From positions 1-54,817 of the forward strand of contig CABRZO010000001.1 of the NCBI GenBank assembly GCA_902475455.1: a stretch of 54,817 nucleotides of DNA, read 5' to 3'. This stretch comes from an uncultured Eubacteriales bacterium. Lineage in GTDB: Bacteria > Bacillota > Clostridia > Oscillospirales > Oscillospiraceae. The notes beneath the pieces were generated by a model. It was not told the DNA's origin, searched no databases, and worked only from the letters and a program-made list of their open reading frames with translations. Position numbers and translations under genes: made by a program. This document shows, in pieces, positions 8,794 to 17,116 of this stretch; within the stretch, counting starts at the first letter, position 1; each line of letters begins with the position of its first letter.

Positions 8794-8821
8794 AAACCGC
8801 CTGCCCACCGGCAGGCGGTTT
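8794..8821 (+). terminator. terminator after chrA
   Basis: aaaccgcctgcc-cacc-ggcaggcggttt hairpin followed by a short T-tract. Confidence 0.6.
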
Positions 8822-8860
8822 GCTTCCCCTATATTTTTATTGATTTTCGATAAATTTTTA

Positions 8861-8889
8861 TTGACTTTTATTTTACCGCCTGCTATACT
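8861..8889 (+). promoter_or_regulatory. sigma-A type promoter (TTGACT-17-TATACT)
   Basis: TTGACT at 8861-8866, a 17-nt spacer, and TATACT at 8884-8889, in an AT-rich stretch upstream of the DUF2975 gene. Confidence 0.6.
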
Positions 8890-8920
8890 CAAAGCACAAA
8901 CCAGATTTGGAGGGATTGCA

Positions 8921-9403
8921 ATGAAACAGAAGGAATTGGCAGCGGCCCTGAAGGGCATTGTCCTGGTGTGCCTGCTGGCGGGGCTGCTGCTCTGCGGGGT
9001 GCTGATGCCCCTCTACGGCTGGTCCTGGGTCACAATTGAGCCTGCCTTTGAGGCCAGGTTCTGGTTCTGGCTCATCGCCCTTTGGGTCACCTGTGTGCCG
9101 GTGCTGGTGGTGCTGGCTTTGGTGTGGCGGATGGCCACTCGGATTGGCCGGGACAACAGCTTCTGCCAGGAAAATGCCCGGAGCCTCCGGTGGATCTGCT
9201 TTCTGGCCCTTGGTGATACGGCGGCCTATCTGATCGGCAGCCTGGTGTTTATTTTCCAGTTTGGCTTTCTCCCCCCCTTCCTGCTGCTGGCGGTGGTGGC
9301 CATTCTGTTGGTGGGCATTGCCATCGCGGTGGTGTCTGCCCTGCTCTCCCATCTGATCCAGAAGGCCGCCGATCTGAAGGCGGACCAGGATCTGACGATT
9401 TGA
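8921..9403 (+). CDS. DUF2975-like polytopic membrane protein
   Basis: Four predicted TM helices. The MKQKEL start follows GGAGGG. It is immediately followed by a YozG-like HTH gene, the usual pairing for DUF2975. Confidence 0.7.
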   Translation: MKQKELAAALKGIVLVCLLAGLLLCGVLMPLYGWSWVTIEPAFEARFWFWLIALWVTCVPVLVVLALVWRMATRIGRDNSFCQENARSLRWICFLALGDTAAYLIGSLVFIFQFGFLPPFLLLAVVAILLVGIAIAVVSALLSHLIQKAADLKADQDLTI

Positions 9404-9413
9404 GGTGGCGGAT

Positions 9414-9641
9414 ATGATCGTAGTCAATCTGGATGTGATGATGGCCAAACGGAAGATCGGGCTGGGAGAACTGGCGGAAAAAATCGGGCTGACCCAGGCT
9501 AATCTGTCGATTTTGAAGAACAACAAGGCCAAGGCGGTGCGCTTCACCACCCTGGACGCCATTTGCAAGGCCCTGGACTGCCAGCCCGGGGATCTGCTGG
9601 AGTGGGTGGACATTCCGGACCGGGATGGCGAAAACCAGTAA
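9414..9641 (+). CDS. XRE/Cro-type helix-turn-helix transcriptional regulator (YozG-like)
   Basis: LDVMMAKRKIGLGELAEKIGLTQANLSILKNNKAKAVRFTTLDAICKALDCQPGDLLEW. RBS GAGGTGG. Confidence 0.85.
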   Translation: MIVVNLDVMMAKRKIGLGELAEKIGLTQANLSILKNNKAKAVRFTTLDAICKALDCQPGDLLEWVDIPDRDGENQ

Positions 9642-9756
9642 CACCCGCAAACCGCCTGTTCCGGACCAAAACACTCACTGTCATTCTGAGCTCCAAGGGG
9701 GCGGAGAAATTTCGTCTCATCGGATTCTTGGACTGTCCTCAGAAGCACAAGGAAAA

Positions 9757-9792
9757 GGACCGCCCCAGCACATGCTGGGGCAGTCCCTTTTT
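9757..9792 (+). terminator. rho-independent terminator
   Basis: ggaccgccccagc-acat-gctggggcagtcc stem with one mismatch, followed by cTTTTT. Confidence 0.7.
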
Positions 9793-11405
9793 CAATGTGT
9801 CGCACTTTCTTCGGTTGTCCGTTTCCGATACAGTGTCCCGTCCCGCAGCTCATAGACCTCATCATAGAGGGGCAGCAGCTCCGGTAGAATCTTGTGTTCG
9901 ATGTTGATGAGCGTGACCTCCGGCCGCTCCAGCAGCTGCCGCTCAATCTGAAGGCTGCTCTCCCGGTCCACCGCAGAGGTGGCCTCATCCAGCAGCAGGA
10001 ACGTCTTTTGTGCCAGCAGGACTCGGGCCAGCCCCAACTTTTGCTTCTCTCCTCCGGAGAGATTGTCCTTGGTGTCCTGATAGAGACTGTCCAGAGGATG
10101 GCTGACCAAAAAGTCTCCCATACCCAGGGACAGCAGCACCTGACGGACCTGATCTTCTCCCCAGGGCTGATACAGTGTGATATTGTTCAGCAGTGTGTCG
10201 TTGAGAAAGAAGGTATCCTGCAAAATAACCCCAATCCGGTCATAAAAAGAATCGTCAATGGTGTTCAGATCTCGCCCGTTGACCTGGATTTGTCCCTGGT
10301 ACTGGGACTGGAATTTGGTCAGCAGCTGGAACAGGGTGCTTTTACCGCTGCCGTTCTCCCCCAGGATCAGATACTTCTTGCCCGTCTCGAAGGTCACGTT
10401 GAGATGGGCAAGAATAGGTTTCTCCTCATATTGGAAGGACACATCCCGGAATTCCAGCCGCCGGATCTCGGGGCAGGACTCTGCCCCCTTCTGCCCTTCC
10501 CAGTCAATCTTCCCATACGTCTGAAATTTCTCCCGGATGGATTTCACCGAATTCATATCGTTGATTTCATAGGCGATGCTGTTGGTGGGGATGGCCAGCA
10601 TTTGGGAGATCTGCAAGGCGCCCACCAGGGCGCCTACCGTCAGCCGCCCCCGGGCGATCAGATAGATACTGACCACCACCAGGGCTACCTCGCCCACATA
10701 GGCCATGGTACCGATGAGCATATTGATCCCCGCCTTGGTGGCATCCATGCCGAACTGCTTGTGAGCGGTAACGTCCACCTCATCCTCCAGCACCCGTCCA
10801 TACCGTCCCTCAGCCCGGCTGGTTTTCAAGGTGGGGTAGCCCTGGATCAGATTGGCCATCATCACATTGAGTTTTTCCAGACTTTTGGTGTAGAGGTTGG
10901 TCCGCTTCTGCATCCGCTTGCCCTGCAGGGTGGAAACCAGGATGGGCAGAAACGCCCCCACCAGGATCAATACCGCCAGCAGCGGGTCAATGGATAGCAG
11001 CGCCGCGGTGCAGCCAATCAGCACCAGCACACTGTACAGCAGCTCCAGGCGCTGCACATAGTAATTTTCCACCAGCATATCAACCTCCTGGTTGAGGCTG
11101 GTAATATAATTCTGTCCCTCCTCCATCTGGTACTGCCTGGGGGGCATTCTCAGAATATGTCGCAGCAGCCGATGCTTGAAGGCAGCAACGGTGTCGGCCT
11201 GGTATTTGGACACCGACAGCTGCCGACAGGCCTCAAACACCAGGATACCAATAATGCTCAAAATGTAGAGGGTCAGCCGGACCGCCACCTGGGCACCGTC
11301 TTGGGCCGTGCTGCTATCCACAGCATTCTGCAGATAGACCGGGCTCAGGGCAGTGCAGGCAGCCAGGGCCGCCGAAGACAATATTACCAATATCTTTGTG
11401 ATCAC
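9792..11405 (-). CDS. ABC transporter, fused permease/ATP-binding exporter
   Basis: Six-TM N-terminal half. Walker A GENGSGKST, signature LSGGEKQKL, Walker B FLLLDEATSAVD. Confidence 0.9.
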   Translation of the reverse strand: MITKILVILSSAALAACTALSPVYLQNAVDSSTAQDGAQVAVRLTLYILSIIGILVFEACRQLSVSKYQADTVAAFKHRLLRHILRMPPRQYQMEEGQNYITSLNQEVDMLVENYYVQRLELLYSVLVLIGCTAALLSIDPLLAVLILVGAFLPILVSTLQGKRMQKRTNLYTKSLEKLNVMMANLIQGYPTLKTSRAEGRYGRVLEDEVDVTAHKQFGMDATKAGINMLIGTMAYVGEVALVVVSIYLIARGRLTVGALVGALQISQMLAIPTNSIAYEINDMNSVKSIREKFQTYGKIDWEGQKGAESCPEIRRLEFRDVSFQYEEKPILAHLNVTFETGKKYLILGENGSGKSTLFQLLTKFQSQYQGQIQVNGRDLNTIDDSFYDRIGVILQDTFFLNDTLLNNITLYQPWGEDQVRQVLLSLGMGDFLVSHPLDSLYQDTKDNLSGGEKQKLGLARVLLAQKTFLLLDEATSAVDRESSLQIERQLLERPEVTLINIEHKILPELLPLYDEVYELRDGTLYRKRTTEESATH

Positions 11406-11450
11406 ATGTTACCTCGCTTTTTCTCTCTCCGATCAGAACAAAGCCGCAGA

Positions 11451-11480
11451 TTGTCTCCAATCTGCGGCTTGATTCATAGA
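11451..11480 (-). terminator. terminator after ybaB
   Basis: aagccgcagattg-tctc-caatctgcggctt. On the minus strand it is followed by TTTGTT. Confidence 0.7.
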
Positions 11481-11505
11481 AACGCTTATGGGGACAGCCA
11501 CGGAC

Positions 11506-11874
11506 TCAGAGCCCGAACTTGCTCAGATCCAGGCCGCCGGTCATCCGGGTCATGGACTGGGCGGCGTCCTCATCGGCCTGGCGCATGGCCTCGTTGACGG
11601 CGGAGATCACCATATCCTGGAGCATCTCCACATCTTCGGGATCCACCGCCTCCTTGGAGATGGTGAGGCTGATCAGGCTGTGCTTGCCGCTGACCACCGC
11701 CTCCACGGCGCCGCCGCCGGCCTTGGCGGTGTAGGTCTTTTCCTCCAGCTCCGCCTGCATCTTCTGCATATCCGCCTGCATCTTCTGGGCCTGGCGCACC
11801 ATATTCATATTCATGCTGCCCATGCCGCCCATGCCCCGCATACCGCGGCCGTTAAAACCTTTTGCCATTGTCAA
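11506..11874 (-). CDS. ybaB: YbaB/EbfC family nucleoid-associated protein
   Basis: Met/Gly-rich N-terminus and QAQKMQADMQKMQAELEE. Immediately downstream of dnaX. Confidence 0.9.
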   Translation of the reverse strand: MTMAKGFNGRGMRGMGGMGSMNMNMVRQAQKMQADMQKMQAELEEKTYTAKAGGGAVEAVVSGKHSLISLTISKEAVDPEDVEMLQDMVISAVNEAMRQADEDAAQSMTRMTGGLDLSKFGL

Positions 11875-11881
11875 TTCTCCT

Positions 11882-13588
11882 TTACTTCTGATGCTGCTGC
11901 ATAAAATTCTTTAGATCGTTCATGCTGCCCACCGGCTTAGGGGCGGGCTGAAGCTGAGATTTTCCCTGATCCGGCAAGCCCTTGCGCAGCTCCACCTGGA
12001 CCGCGCAGCCCACCTGGGCGGAAACCACTTCCGCGATAGCCTGGATCACCTCAGGTTTATTCACCTGGTCGTAGGCAAAGTCCTCCTTGAAGTAGATGGT
12101 GAGCAGATTGCCCTGGCGAATTCCCACCGTATCCGTGGGATGCTTCAGGAAGGAATAGGCGGGCATCCGGACCACACCGTGCATGGCCGCCACCAGCTTG
12201 GGCCACTCCCCCGCCGGGGCCGGGGCCCCTTGGGGCTCAGCCTGGGTCGCCGAGGCGGGCTGCTGCGCCGCCGGGGCTTGAGCTCCACCGGGTACCGCCG
12301 GTGGCGCCTCATACTCGGACTCCAGGGGCGGGGCATCCTCCTCCCCGGGCGGGGGAGGCGTGGTCTCATCCCAGGGGGGCTGTTCCGACTGTGTGGTGGG
12401 CGCCGGGGAGTCTTCCGGCTGTTGAACCGGGCGGGCGGGAATGCCCTGGGCCACCGCTGCCTCCAGCTTGGCAATCCGGGCCGCCAGCCCGGCGTTGGAG
12501 CCGTCCAGGGAAGGATCACACAGCCGGATCAGGCAAATTTCCGCCACGGTGCGGCTGCTGCCGCTGCGCTTGCAGTCCTCCACCGCCTGCTCCAGCAGCT
12601 CCAGAACGGCAATCAGCCGTTCCGGGGGCATATTTTTGGTGAGGGTATTCAGGGTGGCCTCGTCGTAGCCCCCCGTCATCAGGCTCAGGGCCGCACCGGG
12701 GGCGGTCTGACGGATCAGCAGATCCCGGCTCAGGGCGGTCAGCTCGGAAAGCACAGCAGTGACCTCCTTGCCGGCGGCATAGAGCTCCCCAAACTGGGAG
12801 ATGGCCCCGCCGGCATCTCCCCGGCGGATGGCGTTGAAAATATGGGCGGTCTTCAGATTGCCCGCCAGCCCCAGGGTATCCAGCACCCGGGGGCGGTCCA
12901 CAGTGCCGCCGCCCACGGCGCACTGATCCAGCAGGGACATGGCGTCCCGCATCCCGCCATCGGCCAACCGAGCCAACAGGGCGGCGCCATCCTCGGTGAG
13001 GTCAATGCCCTCCTGCCCCGCCACATATTTCAGCCTTGCCATGATGTCCTCGGGCAGAATCCGCTTGAAGGAAAACCGCTGGCACCGGGACAGGATGGTG
13101 GGCAGCACCTTGTGGAGCTCCGTGGTGGCCAGAATAAACATCAGGTGCTCCGGGGGCTCCTCCAGGATCTTCAGCAGGGCGTTGAAGGCCGCGTTGCTCA
13201 GCATGTGTACCTCGTCGATGATGTACACCCGCTTTTTCACCGCCGCCGGGGCATAGACCGCCTCATCCCGCAGGGCCCGGACCTGATCCACGCCGTTGTT
13301 GGAGGCGGCGTCCAGCTCCAGCACATCCAGAATGGAGCCGTCCAGAATCCCCCGACAGGCGGGGCACTCATTGCAGGGATTGCCATCCACCGGGTGCTCA
13401 CAGTTCACCGCCCGGGCCAGGATCTTGGCGCAGGTGGTCTTGCCGGTGCCCCGGGTGCCGGTAAACAGATAGGCATGGGAGGGCCGCCCCGCCGCCACCT
13501 GGGTCTTGAGGGTCTCCGTGATATGAGATTGGCCCGTCACCTCGTCAAAGGTCTTGGGCCGCCATTTGCGATACAGCGCCTGATACAA
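11882..13588 (-). CDS. dnaX: DNA polymerase III subunit gamma/tau
   Basis: MYQALYRKWRP, Walker A GTRGTGKTT, Zn module CNECPAC, and IIDEVHMLS. TTG start with AAGGGGAG upstream. Confidence 0.95.
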   Translation of the reverse strand: MYQALYRKWRPKTFDEVTGQSHITETLKTQVAAGRPSHAYLFTGTRGTGKTTCAKILARAVNCEHPVDGNPCNECPACRGILDGSILDVLELDAASNNGVDQVRALRDEAVYAPAAVKKRVYIIDEVHMLSNAAFNALLKILEEPPEHLMFILATTELHKVLPTILSRCQRFSFKRILPEDIMARLKYVAGQEGIDLTEDGAALLARLADGGMRDAMSLLDQCAVGGGTVDRPRVLDTLGLAGNLKTAHIFNAIRRGDAGGAISQFGELYAAGKEVTAVLSELTALSRDLLIRQTAPGAALSLMTGGYDEATLNTLTKNMPPERLIAVLELLEQAVEDCKRSGSSRTVAEICLIRLCDPSLDGSNAGLAARIAKLEAAVAQGIPARPVQQPEDSPAPTTQSEQPPWDETTPPPPGEEDAPPLESEYEAPPAVPGGAQAPAAQQPASATQAEPQGAPAPAGEWPKLVAAMHGVVRMPAYSFLKHPTDTVGIRQGNLLTIYFKEDFAYDQVNKPEVIQAIAEVVSAQVGCAVQVELRKGLPDQGKSQLQPAPKPVGSMNDLKNFMQQHQK

Positions 13589-13616
13589 CGCCTGCGCTCC
13601 CCTTTCTTGATAAAAA

Positions 13617-13640
13617 CAGCGGAAACGGCATCCGATCCGC
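13617..13640 (-). terminator. hairpin plus U-tract between SRP RNA and dnaX (terminator/attenuator)
   Basis: On the minus strand, agcgga...tccgct is followed by GTTTTT, 24 nt upstream of the dnaX RBS. Confidence 0.5.
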
Positions 13641-13692
13641 TCCCGCGTCGCAAGGACAAGACCGAATCCGGTCTCCTATGGAAAATGATACA

Positions 13693-13860
13693 AAAAAAGT
13701 TGCGCCCTCTGTTTTCGACCGGAGACTGGGACCGGCTGACCGCGGCACAAATCGAGCACTGCTTAATGCTGCTCGGTTCCCCGCCTGACATGGTTCACAG
13801 GTCGACCTTGCGCGGGACCGGACCTTTATAGCGCCTCCGGCCGAAAACAGACGGCACAAC
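13693..13860 (-). ncRNA. ffs: signal recognition particle RNA (boundaries approximate)
   Basis: The minus strand reads ...CCAUGUCAGGCGGGGAACCGAGCAGCAUUAAGCAG...GUGCCGCGGUCAGCCGG. This matches the conserved domain IV of 4.5S/scRNA (GUCAGGUCCGGAAGGAAGCAGC...). The closing helix GUUGUGCCGUCUGUUUUCGGCCGG / CCGGUCGAAAACAGAGGGCGCAAC is followed by a U-run. The position directly upstream of dnaX matches Firmicutes. Confidence 0.8.
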
Positions 13861-13884
13861 GTCTTTTTTCTATTCTGCCCTCGT

Positions 13885-13913
13885 ATTGTACTATACTTTC
13901 CCGGTTTTCGCAA
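13885..13913 (-). promoter_or_regulatory. sigma-A type promoter for SRP RNA (TTGCGA-17-TACAAT)
   Basis: Minus-strand -35 at 13908-13913 and -10 at 13885-13890, with a 17-nt spacer. Confidence 0.55.
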
Positions 13914-13942
13914 GCCATGAGAGAAATTTTTCTCCCTTCCAC

Positions 13943-13970
13943 TTTACAAACTCATTTTTTCTGATATAAT
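13943..13970 (+). promoter_or_regulatory. sigma-A type promoter for tRNA-Ala (TTTACA-16-TGaTATAAT, extended -10)
   Basis: TTTACA at 13943-13948 and TATAAT at 13965-13970, preceded by TGa. Confidence 0.6.
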
Positions 13971-13992
13971 AATTGGGTCAACAATCGCATAT

Positions 13993-14068
13993 GGGCTCGT
14001 AGCTCAGCTGGGAGAGCGTACGGTTCGCATCCGTAAGGTCGAGGGTTCGATCCCCTTCGAGTCCACCA
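13993..14068 (+). tRNA. tRNA-Ala (anticodon CGC), CCA encoded
   Basis: Cloverleaf readable by eye. The acceptor stem GGGCTCG/CGAGTCC contains the G3:U70 Ala identity pair. The anticodon loop is TTCGCAT, the T-arm is GGTTCGATCC, and the 3' end is ACCA. Confidence 0.95.
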
Positions 14069-14072
14069 AGAG

Positions 14073-14101
14073 AAAAGCACCTGCCGCGGCAGGTGCTTTT
14101 C
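14073..14101 (+). terminator. terminator after tRNA-Ala
   Basis: aaaagcacctgcc-gc-ggcaggtgctttt. Confidence 0.8.
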
Positions 14102-14118
14102 TCATTGGCAATTTCCCT

Positions 14119-14853
14119 TCAATCAGAAGTCACAGACTCTGCCCCCTCGATATAGAGGCCCTCCAAGGTATCCAGACACAGGCAGCCCAAAGGCCCGCCA
14201 AACCCACAGCCGCAATCAATGGCGATCTGTCTTCCCCGGCGGAGGATTTGATCCACCGGGGGCTCCCCCAGCCGTTCCCGCAACAGGCGGGTGGGGGTAT
14301 GGCCGTAGACCAGATACCGGTCCTGGTAAAAATCCCGGTCCGGTCTGGGCCGACAGAACAGGAAATCCCCCAGCTCATAGTCCTCCAGAGGCTTTTCCGG
14401 CTCGAAGTGGTCCAGCCCAGCGTGGACCAGCACAAAGGTTCGCCCCCCGGCGTCCACCTGGGCATAGAGCTCCATCTCCCGGAGATAGTCCAGAATCTCC
14501 TGCCGCTCCTCTCCCGTCAGTTCCCGCAAAGCCCGGAGCGTGGGCTCGCCGCCGTTGACCAGCCACTCCTGGAGGTTGGCCAGCCGGGCGGCGCTCAGCT
14601 GGGAGAGACTCTGGTCCGTAATCTCTTCCATTAGCCAGGGCAGGCAAAGGGCGGCGTTAAACTCATGATTTCCCAGGATGGGGACCACATTAGGCCGGAC
14701 CATCATATCCCGCAATATCTTCACTCCATCCGGCCCCCGGTCGATCACATCGCCCAGGATGTAGAGGGTGTCATCCGGCCCAAGGAATATCCGATTGAGC
14801 AGAGCGGCATATTGGTCATAACGGCCATGAAGATCAGAACAAACGTAAATCAT
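14119..14853 (-). CDS. metallophosphoesterase (PPP-family Ser/Thr phosphatase-like), paralogue 1
   Basis: Motifs SDLHG, GDVIDRGPDG, GNHE and VYGHTP. Confidence 0.85.
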   Translation of the reverse strand: MIYVCSDLHGRYDQYAALLNRIFLGPDDTLYILGDVIDRGPDGVKILRDMMVRPNVVPILGNHEFNAALCLPWLMEEITDQSLSQLSAARLANLQEWLVNGGEPTLRALRELTGEERQEILDYLREMELYAQVDAGGRTFVLVHAGLDHFEPEKPLEDYELGDFLFCRPRPDRDFYQDRYLVYGHTPTRLLRERLGEPPVDQILRRGRQIAIDCGCGFGGPLGCLCLDTLEGLYIEGAESVTSD

Positions 14854-15114
14854 TGGGCCTCCTTTTCATTACAGCGGGAATCCCTGGGTCAATTCCCCGC
14901 CATCCTTGGCAGATAGCGCTACCATCTCCCTCCCGGCGGATGATAGGTCAGATTTCACGAAAGCCTCATCGGTGCAGTATGGCAGCAACCAATCCCCTTT
15001 CATTTCGCTCCAGATTGGCGCCGCTGTTGCCTTTGGGGCTTTATAATAACAGATGATCTGCTTATGGGCAACGGAAACCGGCAAGTTCAGCAAAGGTAAA
15101 TTGCATTTTAATTA

Positions 15115-15143
15115 TTGCGTGCGCACACATTCTGTTGTATGAT
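15115..15143 (+). promoter_or_regulatory. candidate promoter for marR-MATE (TTGCGT-17-TATGAT), overlapping the GTGCGCAC palindrome
   Basis: TTGCGT at 15115-15120 and TATGAT at 15138-15143. The 8-bp palindrome gtgcgcac lies at the 5' end of the spacer. Confidence 0.45.
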
Positions 15144-15166
15144 ATATGTTATTGGAGGCGAAACCT

Positions 15167-15616
15167 ATGAAATTATTAAAATGGTTATCTGTGGCAGACC
15201 GATTTGCCAAAGCGGACCTGGACCAGCGGTTGGCCCCCCTGGGAATCAACAGCAGCCAGCATATTTATCTACTGAAAGTCTGCGATCATCCGGGGATCTC
15301 CCAGGATTCGTTGCTAAACAGTGTTTACGTTCATCCCAGCAATATTGTCCGTATGGTAGCCTCATTGGAGAAAAAGGGATTTCTGACCCGTAAGCCCTGC
15401 CAACAGGACAAACGGACCTGGCTGCTCTATCCCACCCAGCGCGCACTGGATATCAGCGGGCAGATCCGGACCGCCTGCGCTGAGACCGAATCCGCATTGC
15501 TGCAGGGGCTGACAGCCCAGGCCCAGGCAGAGTTTGCATCCACATTGGTGAAGGTGGGCAAACGGATGGCTGAGGCCCAGGGTGTGGTTCGGACTGGGGA
15601 TGAGTTCGATGTCTGA
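15167..15616 (+). CDS. MarR family transcriptional regulator
   Basis: Winged-HTH region (INSSQHIYLLKVCDHPGISQDSLLNSVYVHPSNIVRMVASLEKKGFLTRK...DKR). The ATG follows GGAGG. Confidence 0.9.
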   Translation: MKLLKWLSVADRFAKADLDQRLAPLGINSSQHIYLLKVCDHPGISQDSLLNSVYVHPSNIVRMVASLEKKGFLTRKPCQQDKRTWLLYPTQRALDISGQIRTACAETESALLQGLTAQAQAEFASTLVKVGKRMAEAQGVVRTGDEFDV

Positions 15617-16982
15617 AAATCCATTGGCCTATGAGAAAATTTCAAAATTACTGAGAGGCTTTGCCATTCCCAGCATCACCGCCACATTGGTCAGCTCCCT
15701 TTACAATATTGTGGACCAGATCTTTATCGGCCAGGGCGTGGGCTATTTGGGCAATGCTGCCACCAATGTGTCCTATCCCCTGTCCACCATATGCCTGGCC
15801 ATTTCTCTGCTGCTGGGCATTGGCAGCGCCTCCCGTTTCTCCATTTATCTGGGCAAAAGGCAGCCGGAACTGGCCGCTGGGCTGGTGGGCAACGGCATCG
15901 TGCTGATGGCCGTGGCGGGGCTGGTCTATCTGTTGCTGGGGGAGCTCTTTTTACATCCGCTCTTGCGGGTATTTGGCGCCACCAACCAGGTCATGCCCTA
16001 TGCCCGACAGTATGCAGAGATCGTTTTGCTGGGCATGCCTTTTCTCATTCTCACCAACGGCATCAGCAATTTGATTCGGGCGGACGGAAGCCCCAAATAC
16101 TCCATGCTTTGCATGGTGGCCGGCGCTGTGGTCAACACCATTTTGGACCCGATCTTCATCTTTGTACTGGACTGGGGGGTGTTTGGCGCAGCTCTGGCCA
16201 CCATTCTGGGGCAAATTCTCTCCTTCCTCCTGGCGATCCGTTATCTGTGGCATTTCCGCACCGTGAAACTGACCCGAGCTTGTTTTCGCCTGGAACCCCG
16301 GGACAACCTGCGCACCCTCTACATGGGAATCAGCAGCTGTGTCAATCAGCTGGCCATCACTTTGGTTCAGATCGTGCTCAACAACTCTCTGACCTATTAC
16401 GGCGCCCTCTCGGTCTACGGAAAAGACATTCCCCTGGCCGCCTGCGGCATCGTCATGAAAACCAACGCCATCTTGCTCTCCATCATTGTGGGCATCTCTC
16501 AAGGAGTCCAGCCCATCATCGGCTTTAACTTCGGCGCCGGGAAATACGACCGGGTACGAAAAGCTTATCGGCTGGCCATCCTATGGAATCTTATCGTCTC
16601 CGCGGTGGGCTTCTGTCTGTTTGAATTTTCCCCCCGCCCTATCATATCCCTGTTTGGCGACGGTGACCCTCTTTACTTTGAATTTGCCACGCTATTTATG
16701 CGCACCTTCCTGTTCATGGTGCTGGTCAATGGAGTGCAGCTGCTCTCCTCCAACTTCTTCACCGCCATCGGCAAAGCCTTGAGGGGGTTGTTGTTGTCCT
16801 TGACCCGGCAGGTGTTTTTCCTGATCCCGCTGATTCTGCTGCTGCCGCTGCGGCTGGGTATTTTCGGTGTGCTGCTGGCGGGTCCCATTGCGGATTTCAT
16901 TGCCTTTGTGGTGTCCCTGCTCTTGGTATCCAGGGAATTCAAGAATCTGACCCGTCTGCAGGAACGGAGCCACCAGGTGTAA
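15609..16982 (+). CDS. MATE family efflux transporter
   Basis: 12-TM protein with a typical N-terminus (LLRGFAIPSITATLVSSLYNIVDQIFIGQG). It overlaps the marR stop. Alternative starts are at 15600 and 15582. Confidence 0.9.
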   Translation: MSENPLAYEKISKLLRGFAIPSITATLVSSLYNIVDQIFIGQGVGYLGNAATNVSYPLSTICLAISLLLGIGSASRFSIYLGKRQPELAAGLVGNGIVLMAVAGLVYLLLGELFLHPLLRVFGATNQVMPYARQYAEIVLLGMPFLILTNGISNLIRADGSPKYSMLCMVAGAVVNTILDPIFIFVLDWGVFGAALATILGQILSFLLAIRYLWHFRTVKLTRACFRLEPRDNLRTLYMGISSCVNQLAITLVQIVLNNSLTYYGALSVYGKDIPLAACGIVMKTNAILLSIIVGISQGVQPIIGFNFGAGKYDRVRKAYRLAILWNLIVSAVGFCLFEFSPRPIISLFGDGDPLYFEFATLFMRTFLFMVLVNGVQLLSSNFFTAIGKALRGLLLSLTRQVFFLIPLILLLPLRLGIFGVLLAGPIADFIAFVVSLLLVSREFKNLTRLQERSHQV

Positions 16983-17116
16983 TTTCGCCCTCTGACAGGG
17001 TATACACCGCCCCGCTGTGGCCCAACTGACTCCCGGCACCCGGTTCCAATGGCTTGTTTCGGACTGGAAGCTGTGTTAAGATGCGGTTACTCCATTCAAG
17101 ACAGGGGGTAATCATT

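Noticed and set aside
7338-8795. 485-aa minus-strand ORF and the overlapping plus-strand ORF at 7340-8017
   Set aside because: These are antisense or alternative-frame shadows of chrA. Only the 7371 frame yields a polytopic CHR-type protein with two GGG(S/D)A motifs.
13220-13240. GTG AAA AAG stretch in dnaX as a possible tau/gamma programmed frameshift site
   Set aside because: It lies near codon 118 inside the AAA+ core, far from the position used in E. coli, and lacks the full A AAA AAG heptamer plus a downstream hairpin.
12140-13831. 563-aa plus-strand ORF
   Set aside because: Antisense to dnaX, and it runs through the SRP RNA. The sequence is Gly/Arg/Leu/Gln-rich with no recognisable domain.
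14869-15093. 74-aa minus-strand ORF between the phosphatase and marR
   Set aside because: It has a TTG start with no RBS and no recognisable features, and it lies in the divergent promoter region. Probably not a gene, although a small protein cannot be excluded.
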